From assembly GCA_038040345.1 (NCBI GenBank), contig JBBPIQ010000009.1, positions 3,165 to 67,164 of the forward strand: a DNA stretch of 64,000 bases, read 5' to 3'. Within the stretch, counting starts at the first letter, position 1. The number at the start of each line of letters is the position of its first letter. The notes beneath the pieces are model-generated. The model searched no databases, was not told where the DNA came from, and saw only the letters and a program-made list of their open reading frames with translations. Source of the DNA: Chloroflexota bacterium. Its GTDB lineage: Bacteria > Chloroflexota > Limnocylindria > P2-11E. Shown here one piece after another: positions 28,233-37,526 of this stretch. A program made the position numbers and the translations under genes.

Positions 28233-30286
28233 AGCACCAGGCGCTTCGGCTTTTCCGCCCTCCCTGCCCAGCGAATGAGGACCGCCCTGAAGTCATCGGG
28301 TCTTGCGCGTTCCAGGGCGACAAGGGCCGGATCGCTCGTTGCTTCTTCGGCTTCTTCCGCCGTTCTGACGCCGTAGCTGAGTTCGGTCAGCGCGCGGTCA
28401 AAGTCGCCCGCCAATGAGAAGTAGCTCGCAAGGTCGTAACGCACGTTCGGGGGCAAAGCCTCGAAACCTCCCCGCTCCTCGACGAGTTTGTCGATTAGGA
28501 CATTTGCCGCTCGGGTCCCAGAGACCGCACGGGCGAACGGTTCAGGCAGCGGAGTGCAGTCGGGCGGGATCGCGGTGCCCGGCCCCATCAATTGCCACGT
28601 GCCAGCAAGCAATGCGACCGCCGAGTCCCGGATCGTGCGCAGGAATGTTCGTAAGCCGGCGGCGTCCGCACGAGGAGAATCAGAGTCGCTTCGGGAGACC
28701 ACCGCGATAGCGCAGCGCTCGGCATCAGCAAGCCAGGCGGCGCGATCAATCACGCTCGGATGATCGCGGAGGGTCGCCTCGACGAGAAAGAGCCCGAGGT
28801 TGAAGCGGATGCGGTACCAGGACCTATCCGCTACGTCCCGATCCGGCTGCGTCTCGGTGAGTCTCTTTCCTTCCCGGAGGAGCTCGACGGCTCGCTTTCG
28901 CCGCTCCTTGGCAGTCTCCCGATCGGTCTCTTGATTGGTCTTCTGCAGGCAGGCGAGATTTAGGAGAGACGCGAAGTTCGCTGGATCGCGATCCAGCGCC
29001 TGCTGATACAGCCTCGTCGCACGCCCTTCATCGTCCGCGTCCTGCCAACTCACCGCGACCCGATGTAGCGCGTAGCTGCGCCAGACGGCCGAGACGTAAC
29101 CGGATGGAGGATCTCCCTCGGGCACCAGGGGCGGCTGGTAGATCGCCCAAGAAGCCGCGGCCAACGCGAGTCGTCGGTACGCCGCAACAACAGGTACCTC
29201 CGGCAACTCCACTTTCGCGCCGAAATCTGGGTCGTAATCGCTCTCCCAGAATGACTCGCTGGCCGTAATCGTGCCGCTCGGATCTGCGATCGCGACGGTC
29301 AAACCGACGCCACGTTCGCCTTTTGGATGCAGGGTTCCGGAGATAACGAAAAGGCGGTTAGGAACGAGCCCAAGGAGCGTCAACACAAGGCCCGCCTGAC
29401 CAGGAAGCTCTTTCACCGCATCTGGTAGGGGAAGGGCGGCATCGGGCGTCCTCGTCACCGAAAGACTCGAGCTTCCGCCTTCCGATTTGAGCCGACGGAG
29501 CTCGTCCTCCACGATCACCGCCAACGTTTTACCGAGCTCCTGGCCGTCGGTGACCTTCTCCTCGTCGAAACTCTTAACTTGCACGCGTGTCGTGAAAACT
29601 CTGCCGAAGATCGGTACAAGGATCAGAAAGATCACGAGCAACGCCACAGCCACCAGCAACACGTCCTGGAAGGCGATGGCGCTCCGGGTTTGAACGTTTT
29701 GGACTGGTTGCGCGTCGCGGAGAAGCTGCCCATTGAGGTAAGTCAGCTGCGGCGGCAGCGTGCGGTACGGGTGCTGCTGCAGCTGCTGCTTAGCCAGAGT
29801 TGCCGCCTGCTCATCGAAACCGGCCGCGGCAAGGGCTAACGCTTCGCCAAATACGTCGTCGACGATCGCCCGTACCGACGCCCCGGGACTGTGCGCTGGA
29901 TCGGCCAAGATCGCTTTCTTCACAGCATCGATTGCGTCGCTCCGCAGACCTAGCTCGGCGAAGCGCTCCGCAGCCTGGAACAAGTCGGGTGTTGAGCTCG
30001 GGGCTGGCGTGGGCGTCGGGGACGAAGACGCGATCGCCGACAGCGTTGCCGGTCCGAGCGTGCGTGCGGGGTCAGCCTGAATCGCGGCCTTCGCAGCTGC
30101 CACGGCATCCGTACGTAGGCCCACCTCGGCCAACTTTTCAGCGACAAGGAATGGATCAGGGGTTCGGCTCGCGCTGGGAGTTGGCTCCTCAGCCCCCACC
30201 TGTGGGGTTGAGTCAACTACGGAGGTGCCTAACGCTACGAGGGCAAGACTGATCGACAGCCCAAGGATCGAGGCCCTCCCCAGCAC
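27959..30286 (-). CDS. Secreted/membrane protein with a duplicated N-terminal motif, one TM helix and a TPR-like C-terminal region
   Basis: Signal peptide, then a 33-aa motif PDPFLVAEKLAEVGLRTDAVAAAKAAIQADPA repeated as PDLFQAAERFAELGLRSDAIDAVKKAILADPA. TM helix VLLVAVALLVIFLILVPIF. Helical repeats follow (YQQALDRDPANFASLLNLA). The last ~90 codons look like off-frame reading of the DUF4332 gene. Confidence 0.55.
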   Translation of the reverse strand: MLGRASILGLSISLALVALGTSVVDSTPQVGAEEPTPSASRTPDPFLVAEKLAEVGLRTDAVAAAKAAIQADPARTLGPATLSAIASSSPTPTPAPSSTPDLFQAAERFAELGLRSDAIDAVKKAILADPAHSPGASVRAIVDDVFGEALALAAAGFDEQAATLAKQQLQQHPYRTLPPQLTYLNGQLLRDAQPVQNVQTRSAIAFQDVLLVAVALLVIFLILVPIFGRVFTTRVQVKSFDEEKVTDGQELGKTLAVIVEDELRRLKSEGGSSSLSVTRTPDAALPLPDAVKELPGQAGLVLTLLGLVPNRLFVISGTLHPKGERGVGLTVAIADPSGTITASESFWESDYDPDFGAKVELPEVPVVAAYRRLALAAASWAIYQPPLVPEGDPPSGYVSAVWRSYALHRVAVSWQDADDEGRATRLYQQALDRDPANFASLLNLACLQKTNQETDRETAKERRKRAVELLREGKRLTETQPDRDVADRSWYRIRFNLGLFLVEATLRDHPSVIDRAAWLADAERCAIAVVSRSDSDSPRADAAGLRTFLRTIRDSAVALLAGTWQLMGPGTAIPPDCTPLPEPFARAVSGTRAANVLIDKLVEERGGFEALPPNVRYDLASYFSLAGDFDRALTELSYGVRTAEEAEEATSDPALVALERARPDDFRAVLIRWAGRAEKPKRLVLWVVRSRALVWSGRNWPTRSARAASTLSKSCICGLELRRSVRSSPRISTSLLIWSNAGRFSFGYASSTATRSISALQSFSTRLESKTVTHL

Positions 30287-30684
30287 CGCCGCAGTCTGCG
30301 CGCACCGTCAAGCCCACCGCCCGCCAACACGTCCGATGACACGGTCGCCGTATCTCGCGTCGCGCGCCAGCCGGTAACGCCGCGACGCCCATGGCATGAG
30401 CCTCGTTTTGGGGAGGAGCGGCTTGGGCGACTGCGGACACGCAGTTCACCGCGAGCACCGCGACCGAGAGCACACGCGCAACCGCGTAACCAACGCCCAA
30501 GCCGCTTCAGCCTCACCCCTTACCGACAACAGGGCAAAGGCTTGGCGCCCACTCAAAGAGCCGCTATTCGAAGATGAATTCGGAATCGGCGAAGGCCAAT
30601 TACCGCGCGTAATGTGCGACCGCTGGGTGGGTGCCTTCCGCCTCCCGGAGTGGCGACCCGGCTACCCGTCCCCCCACCGCACGA

Positions 30685-30717
30685 GGAGCCCCGCCCACGC
30701 CCATGGCGCGGGGCTCC
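30685..30717 (-). terminator. GC-rich stem-loop immediately after the S41 peptidase stop (10-bp perfect stem, 13-nt loop, no U tract)
   Basis: ggagccccgc (30685-30694) pairs with gcggggctcc (30708-30717). Confidence 0.4.
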
Positions 30718-31767
30718 TCAAACCAACACCAAGCCGCGCAGATAACGCGACGCAGCGTCGACAGCATCGACGGATTTCGTCTCGATGTCCGGCTTCACGC
30801 CAACGCCGTTGTAGATTTCTCCGTTCGGTCCAGTGATCACCGCCACGTTCACACCAACTCTTGCCTCGTCCGAGAGCTCGATCACGTCGATCCTGCCCAC
30901 GAAACCCGCGGTGCGCTCGCCGATCACGGTGGCGCGGCCATGCTGTCGTAGCCCGAACACGAAGATCTCTGACGCGGACCAAGTACCGGAGTCGACGGCG
31001 ATCGCGATGGGCAGCTGGTATTCCGTGGGTAGACGAAGTGATCGATCCGGCTGCGTGACTTCGACCCGCCCGTCCCGATAGGTCGCACGAAATACCGGGT
31101 CTCCATCAAGGAACATCGCCGCCGCCAGAGCCCCGCCCCCACCGCCGTGATTGCCGCGCACATCGAACAGCCACGCCTTTGCCCCGTCGCCCAGAAGTGC
31201 ATCCAGTCGCGCGCGGAGCTCCGTCACGATGTCGAACTTATCGGTGCGTACCCAGCCGCTCCAATAGACGTAGCCAATCGCGCCGGGGAGGAGCTCGGAG
31301 CGGACCTCGCACCGACCTTCGGCAAGGTCGCGTATCGGCGCGTCCGCCCAGACCGGCCAGTACCGGGTGTGGCCGTCCGGATGGATATTGACCATCGCAT
31401 CGATAGCCGCGTCGCGGAGCTCGTTCGTCGCCACGTCTGGCCGCGCGCTGACGATCTCGTCGACCGCCGCGTTGAAACGCGCCTGATCGTCCGCGACGAC
31501 GTCAGCAACGTCGGAGAACACCGGCATGGGAACCGACGATCCGGCTCGCGATCGCATCGCTTCGAACGCCGCCTCGAGTATTTGCCGACTGGTCAGGTTG
31601 TCGACGTGTTTCGTCGCGAAGAGCCGGTACGCGTCCTCGATGTCGCGGCGCCACGCAGCCTCGACGGTCTCCCCCACGGCCGGGAGGATAGTCGCGTCCA
31701 GGAACCGCGCGCGCGTCGGCGAGGCGGTGAGGAGACGGAACAGGTTGGCCCAGCGCGCCCACCCCAA
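30718..31767 (-). CDS. S41-family (C-terminal processing type) peptidase
   Basis: LFDVRGNHGGGG, a catalytic Ser context DSGTWSASEIF, and GERTAGF. Confidence 0.7.
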   Translation of the reverse strand: MGWARWANLFRLLTASPTRARFLDATILPAVGETVEAAWRRDIEDAYRLFATKHVDNLTSRQILEAAFEAMRSRAGSSVPMPVFSDVADVVADDQARFNAAVDEIVSARPDVATNELRDAAIDAMVNIHPDGHTRYWPVWADAPIRDLAEGRCEVRSELLPGAIGYVYWSGWVRTDKFDIVTELRARLDALLGDGAKAWLFDVRGNHGGGGGALAAAMFLDGDPVFRATYRDGRVEVTQPDRSLRLPTEYQLPIAIAVDSGTWSASEIFVFGLRQHGRATVIGERTAGFVGRIDVIELSDEARVGVNVAVITGPNGEIYNGVGVKPDIETKSVDAVDAASRYLRGLVLV

Positions 31768-31929
31768 CCCTGCCGACGCACGCGGTCATGACTTCTTACC
31801 GCGTGCGCTCGCTGGTGGTTCAGGTCGGTCGAGAAGTGTTGCGCGGTTGACTTTCGCCGACGCCCGCCGGGCGTGCCAGTGAAGATCATGTCGCCGGGGT
31901 AGAGTCTTCGACCTGGGCGCGGTGCGGGC

Positions 31930-32667
31930 GTGAGCAGCGTGATCGTCACGGGCGCGGCAAAGGGCATCGGAGCCGGCATCGCGGAAGCGTTCGCGCGCGC
32001 GGGCTGGTCCGTCGTGGCCGTCGACCGCGACAAGGCACCGCTCGAGCAGACCGCGAAGCGCATCGGAGGCACGGTCGTCACCCTCGCCGGCGACGTGACG
32101 GACCGGGCCACGAACGACGCGGCCGTGAAGCTGGCCGTCGATCGCTTCGGCGGTCTCGACGCGGCGGTCGGCAACGCCGGCGTGGTACTGGCGAAGCTCA
32201 TCGACGACAGCACGCCCGAAGAGTTCGATCGGATCTTCGCCGTCAACGTGAAAGCGCTCATGTACCTCGCGCAGGCCGCGCACCAGGCCCTCGCGAAGAG
32301 CAAGGGCAGCCTGACCGTGATCGCGTCGAAGACCGGCCTCGTGGCGCAGCGCAATTCGCCCCTCTACTGCGCAACGAAAGGCGCCGCCATCCAGCTCGCG
32401 CGCGCGCTCGCGCTCGATTGGGCGCCGGAGTGGATCCGGGTGAACGCCGTCTGTCCCGGGATCGTGGACACGCCGATGCTGCAGCAGTTCTACGACGCGA
32501 TGCCCGACCCTGCGGCCTTCCGCCGCCATGACGAGCTTGCGCAGCCGCTGGGGCGCCTCGCGTTGCCGGCGGAGATCGCCTCTGTGGTGCTCTTCCTCGC
32601 AACGCCGGCCGCGGGCTTCATCACCGGGGTCGCGCTTCCGGTCGACGGCGGGTTCACCGCGGAATGA
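31930..32667 (+). CDS. SDR-family oxidoreductase
   Basis: VIVTGAAKGIGAGIA, GNAGV and YCATKGA. Confidence 0.85.
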   Translation: MSSVIVTGAAKGIGAGIAEAFARAGWSVVAVDRDKAPLEQTAKRIGGTVVTLAGDVTDRATNDAAVKLAVDRFGGLDAAVGNAGVVLAKLIDDSTPEEFDRIFAVNVKALMYLAQAAHQALAKSKGSLTVIASKTGLVAQRNSPLYCATKGAAIQLARALALDWAPEWIRVNAVCPGIVDTPMLQQFYDAMPDPAAFRRHDELAQPLGRLALPAEIASVVLFLATPAAGFITGVALPVDGGFTAE

Positions 32668-33440
32668 GCAAGGGACGTCTCGATAACAAGGTCTCCGTTA
32701 TCACGGGCGCCGGCTCGGGCATCGGCCGCGCGAGCGCGCTGCTCTTCGCGCGCGAGGGCGCGTGTGTTGTCGTCGCGGACGTCGATCGGGCCGGCGCCGA
32801 CGAGACGGTGAAGCAGATCCGGGCCGAAGGTGGCACGGCGACGACCGTGATCGCCGATGTCGCGGACCCTGACGGCGCGAAGCACATCGCCGAAGAGGCG
32901 ATCAAGGCCGAGGGCCGCATCGACGTGCTCTTCAACAACGCCGGGATCAGCGGCGTGGGCACGGCGCACGAGACCTCGGTCGAGCTATGGGACAAGGTCA
33001 TGTCGGTGAACGTGCGCGGCGTGTTCCTGGTGAGCAAGTTCGCGGTGCCGTACATGATCGAAAAGAAGAAGGGCTCGATCATCAACATGTCGTCGACGAT
33101 CGCCGAGATCGGCCTCGCGCAGCGCGCGAGCTACGCCGCGTCGAAGGGCGCGGTCCTGGCGCTCACGCGCGCGATGCAGGTGGACTACGCGCCGTTCGGC
33201 ATCCGCGTCAACGCGCTCCTGCCCGGCACGATCCACACTCCGTTCGTGGAGAAATACCTGCGCGAGTCGTACCCGAATCGTGAGGAAGGCCTGAACCAGA
33301 TCCGCAAGCGCCAGCTGACGCGCGAGCTTGGACAGCCAGAGGACGTGGCGTCCGCGGCGCTCTTCCTCGCGTCGGACGAATCGAGCTTCGTGATGGGGAC
33401 GGGCCTCTTCGTCGACGGCGGCGTTCGCGGGGGGAAGTGA
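32664..33440 (+). CDS. SDR-family oxidoreductase
   Basis: VITGAGSGIGRA, NNAGI and YAASKGA. Overlaps the upstream stop by 4 nt. Confidence 0.85.
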   Translation: MSKGRLDNKVSVITGAGSGIGRASALLFAREGACVVVADVDRAGADETVKQIRAEGGTATTVIADVADPDGAKHIAEEAIKAEGRIDVLFNNAGISGVGTAHETSVELWDKVMSVNVRGVFLVSKFAVPYMIEKKKGSIINMSSTIAEIGLAQRASYAASKGAVLALTRAMQVDYAPFGIRVNALLPGTIHTPFVEKYLRESYPNREEGLNQIRKRQLTRELGQPEDVASAALFLASDESSFVMGTGLFVDGGVRGGK

Positions 33441-34339
33441 AGCCGCTCGACATCGCGACCCCCGCGCTTCTGCGCGTCCGCGGCGAGGGTCGGACGTTTC
33501 TCGCGCTCTGGCGCGATGAGCGTCTCTGGGACCTGAACCCGCTCACGCTCGACGCGCTTCTTCGACTGCCGCTCGACGGGATCCGCGCCGGTCTGGGCGC
33601 CATCATCGGCCCCGAGCTCGATCTGGCCCAGGTCGAGCTCGCCGCGCCGGCCGAATCGCAGGAAGTCTGGGCCGCGGGCGTCACCTACCTGCGAAGCCGG
33701 GAGGCGCGCCTGGAGGAAGCGAGCCAGAAGACGATCTACGAGCACGTCTATGAAAGCGATCGGCCGGAGCTCTTCTTCAAGGCCGCGGGCTGGCGTGTGG
33801 TGCCGGACGGCGGCGAGGTCGGCGTGCGCGAGGATTCCACATGGGACGTGCCCGAGCCGGAGCTCGCCGTCCTCTCGAACTCGCGCGGCGAGGTCGTCGC
33901 GTTCGCGTGCGGCAACGACATGAGCTCGCGGAGCATCGAGGGCGAAAACCCGCTCTTCCTCCCGCAGGCGAAGGTCTACGACCGGAGCTGCGCGATCGGT
34001 CCGGCCGCCGTGCTCGCGTGGGACGTCGACGTCGCGCGCGCCGGGATCCGAATGACGATCGAGCGCGACGGGAAGTCCGTCTTCGACGGCACCGCCACGG
34101 TCACCGACATGACGCGCGAGCCGGCGAAGCTCGCCGCGGTGCTGTCTTCCTCGTACACGCTTCCGGTCGGGGCGTGGCTCCTCACCGGAGCGTCGCTCGT
34201 ACCGCCGGAGCCGTACACGGCGAAGCCCGGGGACGTCGTGCGGATCGCGATCGACGGGCTCGGGGAACTGAAAAACACCGTGTCGCTCGTGAAGCACAGC
34301 GGCGCGGAAGCGAAACCGACACGTCTCGCGAAGCGCTAG
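33437..34339 (+). CDS. Fumarylacetoacetate hydrolase (FAH) family protein, KdaD-like 2-keto-3-deoxy-sugar-acid dehydratase type
   Basis: VWAAGVTY, ELFFKA, EPELAVL, GNDMSSRSIEGENPLFLPQAKV. GTGA overlap with the upstream gene. Confidence 0.7.
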   Translation: MKPLDIATPALLRVRGEGRTFLALWRDERLWDLNPLTLDALLRLPLDGIRAGLGAIIGPELDLAQVELAAPAESQEVWAAGVTYLRSREARLEEASQKTIYEHVYESDRPELFFKAAGWRVVPDGGEVGVREDSTWDVPEPELAVLSNSRGEVVAFACGNDMSSRSIEGENPLFLPQAKVYDRSCAIGPAAVLAWDVDVARAGIRMTIERDGKSVFDGTATVTDMTREPAKLAAVLSSSYTLPVGAWLLTGASLVPPEPYTAKPGDVVRIAIDGLGELKNTVSLVKHSGAEAKPTRLAKR

Positions 34340-34350
34340 CGTCAGCCGCG

Positions 34351-35433
34351 GTGGCCGACACGCAGCTCTTTCCGCCGGAGCAGCTAATCGAATTCTCGGT
34401 GCGCGTCTTCCGTTATCTCGGCGTCCCCGAGGACGACGCGAGGACCGCCGCCACCGTCCTGCAGGCGGCCGACCTGCGCGGCATCGACTCGCACGGCGTC
34501 GCGCGGCTGCACTCCTACTTCGACATGCTCAAGCTCGGCCGCATCGATCCGAAAGCGAACGTCACCATCGTCAGGGAGTCGCCGAGCACCGCGACTGTCG
34601 ACGGCGGCAACGGCCTCGGCCTGGTCGTCGGTCCGAAGGCGAACGCGATCGCGATGGAGAAGGCGCTCGCCGTCGGAAGCGGCTGGGTGAGTGTCCGCAA
34701 CACGAACCACTACGGCATCGCGGGCTACTACGTGCTCGAGGCGCTCAAGCGCGATCTGATCGGCTGGTCCATGACGAACGCGACGAAGACCGTGGCGCCG
34801 CTCTGGGGCGCGGAGCGGATGCTCGGCACGAATCCGATCGCAATCGCGTTCCCGGGGCTCGAGGAGCCTCCGATCGTCATCGACATGGCGACCTCAGCGG
34901 CCGCGTACGGAAAGATCGAGATCGCGAGACGCGTTGGGAAATCGATCCCGTTGGGATGGGCCGTCGACCGGGACGGCGCTCCGACCACCGACCCGAACGC
35001 GATGATCGACGGCGGAGCGCAGCTGCCGCTCGGATCGGATCGCGACGGCGGGGGTCACAAGGGCTACGGCCTGGCGGTGATGGTCGACGTGCTGTCCGCA
35101 GTGCTTTCCGGCGCGAACTGGGGACCGTTCACGCCGCCGTTCGCCCTTCAGCAAGAGATGCCGGCGCGCTCGGTCGGCAAGGGCATCGGGCATTTCTTCG
35201 GCGCGCTGCGGATCGACGCGTTCATCGACAAGGACGAGTTCAAGCGGCAGATCGACGACTTCGTCCGGACGCTGCGGAAGACTCGCCCGGCGCCGGGTAC
35301 CACGGGGCCACTCATCCCGGGCGATCCGGAGCGCGAGGCCGAGGCGATCCGCCGTCGTGAGGGCATTCCGCTCGTGACAGCCGTGGTAGAGGAGCTGCGC
35401 GACATTTCGCGAGAGACAGGGATTCCCCTCTAG
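34351..35433 (+). CDS. Ldh_2 family (malate/L-lactate/sulfolactate type) dehydrogenase
   Basis: LRGIDSHGVARL, NGLGLV, VRNTNHYGIAGYY, GTNPIAIAFP and GGHKGYGLA. The GTG at 34351 is preferred, because the listed ORF start at 33841 is off-frame overlap with the FAH gene. Confidence 0.8.
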   Translation: MADTQLFPPEQLIEFSVRVFRYLGVPEDDARTAATVLQAADLRGIDSHGVARLHSYFDMLKLGRIDPKANVTIVRESPSTATVDGGNGLGLVVGPKANAIAMEKALAVGSGWVSVRNTNHYGIAGYYVLEALKRDLIGWSMTNATKTVAPLWGAERMLGTNPIAIAFPGLEEPPIVIDMATSAAAYGKIEIARRVGKSIPLGWAVDRDGAPTTDPNAMIDGGAQLPLGSDRDGGGHKGYGLAVMVDVLSAVLSGANWGPFTPPFALQQEMPARSVGKGIGHFFGALRIDAFIDKDEFKRQIDDFVRTLRKTRPAPGTTGPLIPGDPEREAEAIRRREGIPLVTAVVEELRDISRETGIPL

Positions 35434-35703
35434 ACCTGCGGCCCTCGTCTCCTCCTCATACGAACGAGATTTCCGTCCCAGCCGGCGCTCTTGAGATCGA
35501 GCATGTCTCGACGCGACCGGGCTCCGACCAGCGCGCGCAGCGCGAAATCGGATCGTTGTGTAGTCCGCGCTCGTCCCAGTCCCGGAACTGTTCGCGGCAG
35601 CTCGCGCATTGCCATCGACCGACCGCGGGCCGACGGCCCACCGTAAGCATGTGTCCGACGCGCTGCTGGCACGGCGAGGAGGGTCCCGGTATCGATGGAA
35701 CAC

Positions 35704-35721
35704 TATACCTCTTCAGGTATA
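35704..35721. promoter_or_regulatory. Perfect 7-4-7 palindrome TATACCT-CTTC-AGGTATA 9 nt upstream of the XRE-HTH start; operator-like
   Basis: Read directly from the sequence. It lies in an AT-richer intergenic stretch before the ATG at 35730. Confidence 0.45.
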
Positions 35722-35729
35722 TTGGCAGC

Positions 35730-36231
35730 ATGAATGTAGGCGAGCTGATCCGAGATGCCCGCATCGGGGCGAAGCTCTCGCAGGTCGCACTTGCCGGCCG
35801 AGCCAAGACTTCACAGCCCGCCATAGCGCGCTACGAAGCGGAAGCGGCATCGCCTTCCCTGGGGACGCTCGAGCGGATCCTCGCGGCGTGCGGTAGGTCA
35901 CTTCAGTTAACGGCTCCCCCACGGCGACGCCCCACGCCACCTTCTCCGGGCCCGCGCCTAGCGCTTGTTCGCCGGCGACGGAGCCGACTCAACGAGGCGG
36001 CACGGCGTGCGGGACCTTCGCGTATTCGGCTCTGTCGCTCGCGGAGACGAGACTCCCGAGAGCGACATCGACCTTCTGGTCGAGCTCGACCCTCGACGGA
36101 CGCTCCTGGATGTGACCGGATTTCAGCAGGAGGCAGAAGACATTCTCGGCGTCGGCGTCCACGTGGCCGTGCCTCGGATGATTAAGGGGCGGGTTCGCGC
36201 TCGCGCATTCCGCGAGGCTCGCCCCGTTTGA
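35730..36231 (+). pseudogene. XRE-HTH / MNT-type nucleotidyltransferase fusion interrupted by a +1 frame change near 35990-36010
   Basis: Frame 0 reads MNVGELIRDARIGAKLSQVALAGRAKTSQPAIARYEAE...LVRRRRSRLNEAARR and then Arg-rich nonsense. Frame +1 reads RRHGVRDLRVFGSVARGDETPESDIDLLVEL. The two halves join into a familiar single protein layout. Confidence 0.55.
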
Positions 36232-36300
36232 TCCTGCACCCCCGGTTTGCGGGTGCGGGTGCCCTTGCGTAGTTAACCAGATTGATACAGAATATCTGTC

Positions 36301-37278
36301 ATGAATCGGTCAGGTAGTCAGCAACGCTATCTCGGAGAGCGGTTGTTCCTGGTCTTGGTTGGGGCAGATCGTCCGCTCTCATTGCGTGAGCTAGCCCACG
36401 CGGCCGCGTTGTATGACAGCTCGGCGCGTTACGCGCTTCGACGTCAAGTCGAGCGCGCCCTCGTGCGCCACACCGAAGAGGGGTACGCACTCGCCATCAG
36501 TGGAGAGGTTCTCGACCACGAGATTCGGCAGGCTGTTCGGGTCCTCGGGATCGTCGAGGCCCTGCGTCTGATCGCGGCGCCGAACAGGTCGATCGCTTTT
36601 CTCTCAGCACGCGCTCGCGGAGAGGTCGCCGAGGCTGTGCTCTCCGAAGTCATCGATACGCATGAGGTGCTACGGCTACGCGATCTTGCGAAGCGCTATC
36701 TCAACCTTGCGCTGAACGAGCATGAGTATCGCGCGCTTCTCGGTACGACCGTTGACGATCAGGCCGCGTTGACGCGGTTGCGTCAGGTGCTGGCTGCGGG
36801 GCGGCCTGTGAAGGGCGATCTTGGCCAGTTGCCGCGGCCGGGCGTGCGCGGTGACTTCACGCGAGCGCGGCCGCTACACCGGCCCCATCCACAACTGCCG
36901 CGTTTGTCGCGGCGGTTCCTGCAGCGCCTCGCCCGTCGGTACGAATTCGCCGAGCTGGCGGTCTTCGGGTCAGCCGTGAGACGTGACTTTCGGCCGGACA
37001 GCGATGTTGACGTGCTGGTGCGCTATCGACCTGGAGTGCCGCGCACGATCGCGTCGAGCAGTGGCTTGCGCCAGGAGCTGAGCGCGCGTCTCGGTCGCAG
37101 AGTCGACCTCGTTGATGAGCGCGCCCTCTATCCCGAGCTTCGCACAAACATCGACCGCGATATCGTCAGGCTCTATGGCCGATCGCGAGCGAGTTCGTTG
37201 GCATCTCGAGCAAGCAAAGAAGAACGCGCACGAGGCGATCGAAGGGCGCGCACGACTCGGCAAGGACTGGGCTGCTGA
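36301..37278 (+). CDS. MNT-type nucleotidyltransferase (antitoxin-like) with a ~200-aa N-terminal extension
   Basis: FGSAVRRDFRPDSDVDVLV near the C-terminus. The N-terminal part is unassigned (possibly a winged helix). The 3' end runs ~100 nt into the HepT gene. Confidence 0.6.
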   Translation: MNRSGSQQRYLGERLFLVLVGADRPLSLRELAHAAALYDSSARYALRRQVERALVRHTEEGYALAISGEVLDHEIRQAVRVLGIVEALRLIAAPNRSIAFLSARARGEVAEAVLSEVIDTHEVLRLRDLAKRYLNLALNEHEYRALLGTTVDDQAALTRLRQVLAAGRPVKGDLGQLPRPGVRGDFTRARPLHRPHPQLPRLSRRFLQRLARRYEFAELAVFGSAVRRDFRPDSDVDVLVRYRPGVPRTIASSSGLRQELSARLGRRVDLVDERALYPELRTNIDRDIVRLYGRSRASSLASRASKEERARGDRRARTTRQGLGC

Positions 37279-37516
37279 TCCTGTCACCAAGGCCGGACTG
37301 ACGAAACTTGTCGAGACCACGGCGGAGTACATGGGGAATGTGCCGCTCGAGATTCGGGAAAAGTTCCCGGGAGTCCCGTGGACCCTGATGGCCGGCATGC
37401 GTAACCTCACCTCGCACGAATACCACCGGCTGGATGTGGAGATTGTCGAGAACACCGTGCAGGTCGATCTTCCGAAACTCATCGGACAAATCGACCAGAT
37501 GCTTGCGGGTATCTAG
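37175..37516 (+). CDS. HepT/DUF86 family toxin (HEPN RNase)
   Basis: R-x4-H motif MRNLTSHEY. Size and position after an MNT gene fit. The ATG at 37175 (MADRERV) is preferred over the listed 37112. Confidence 0.7.
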   Translation: MADRERVRWHLEQAKKNAHEAIEGRARLGKDWAADPVTKAGLTKLVETTAEYMGNVPLEIREKFPGVPWTLMAGMRNLTSHEYHRLDVEIVENTVQVDLPKLIGQIDQMLAGI

Positions 37517-37526
37517 CGCGGGGAGG

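Noticed and set aside
33841-34350. 5' part of the listed 530-aa ORF
   Set aside because: It overlaps the FAH-family gene out of frame. Ldh_2 homology begins only after the GTG at 34351.
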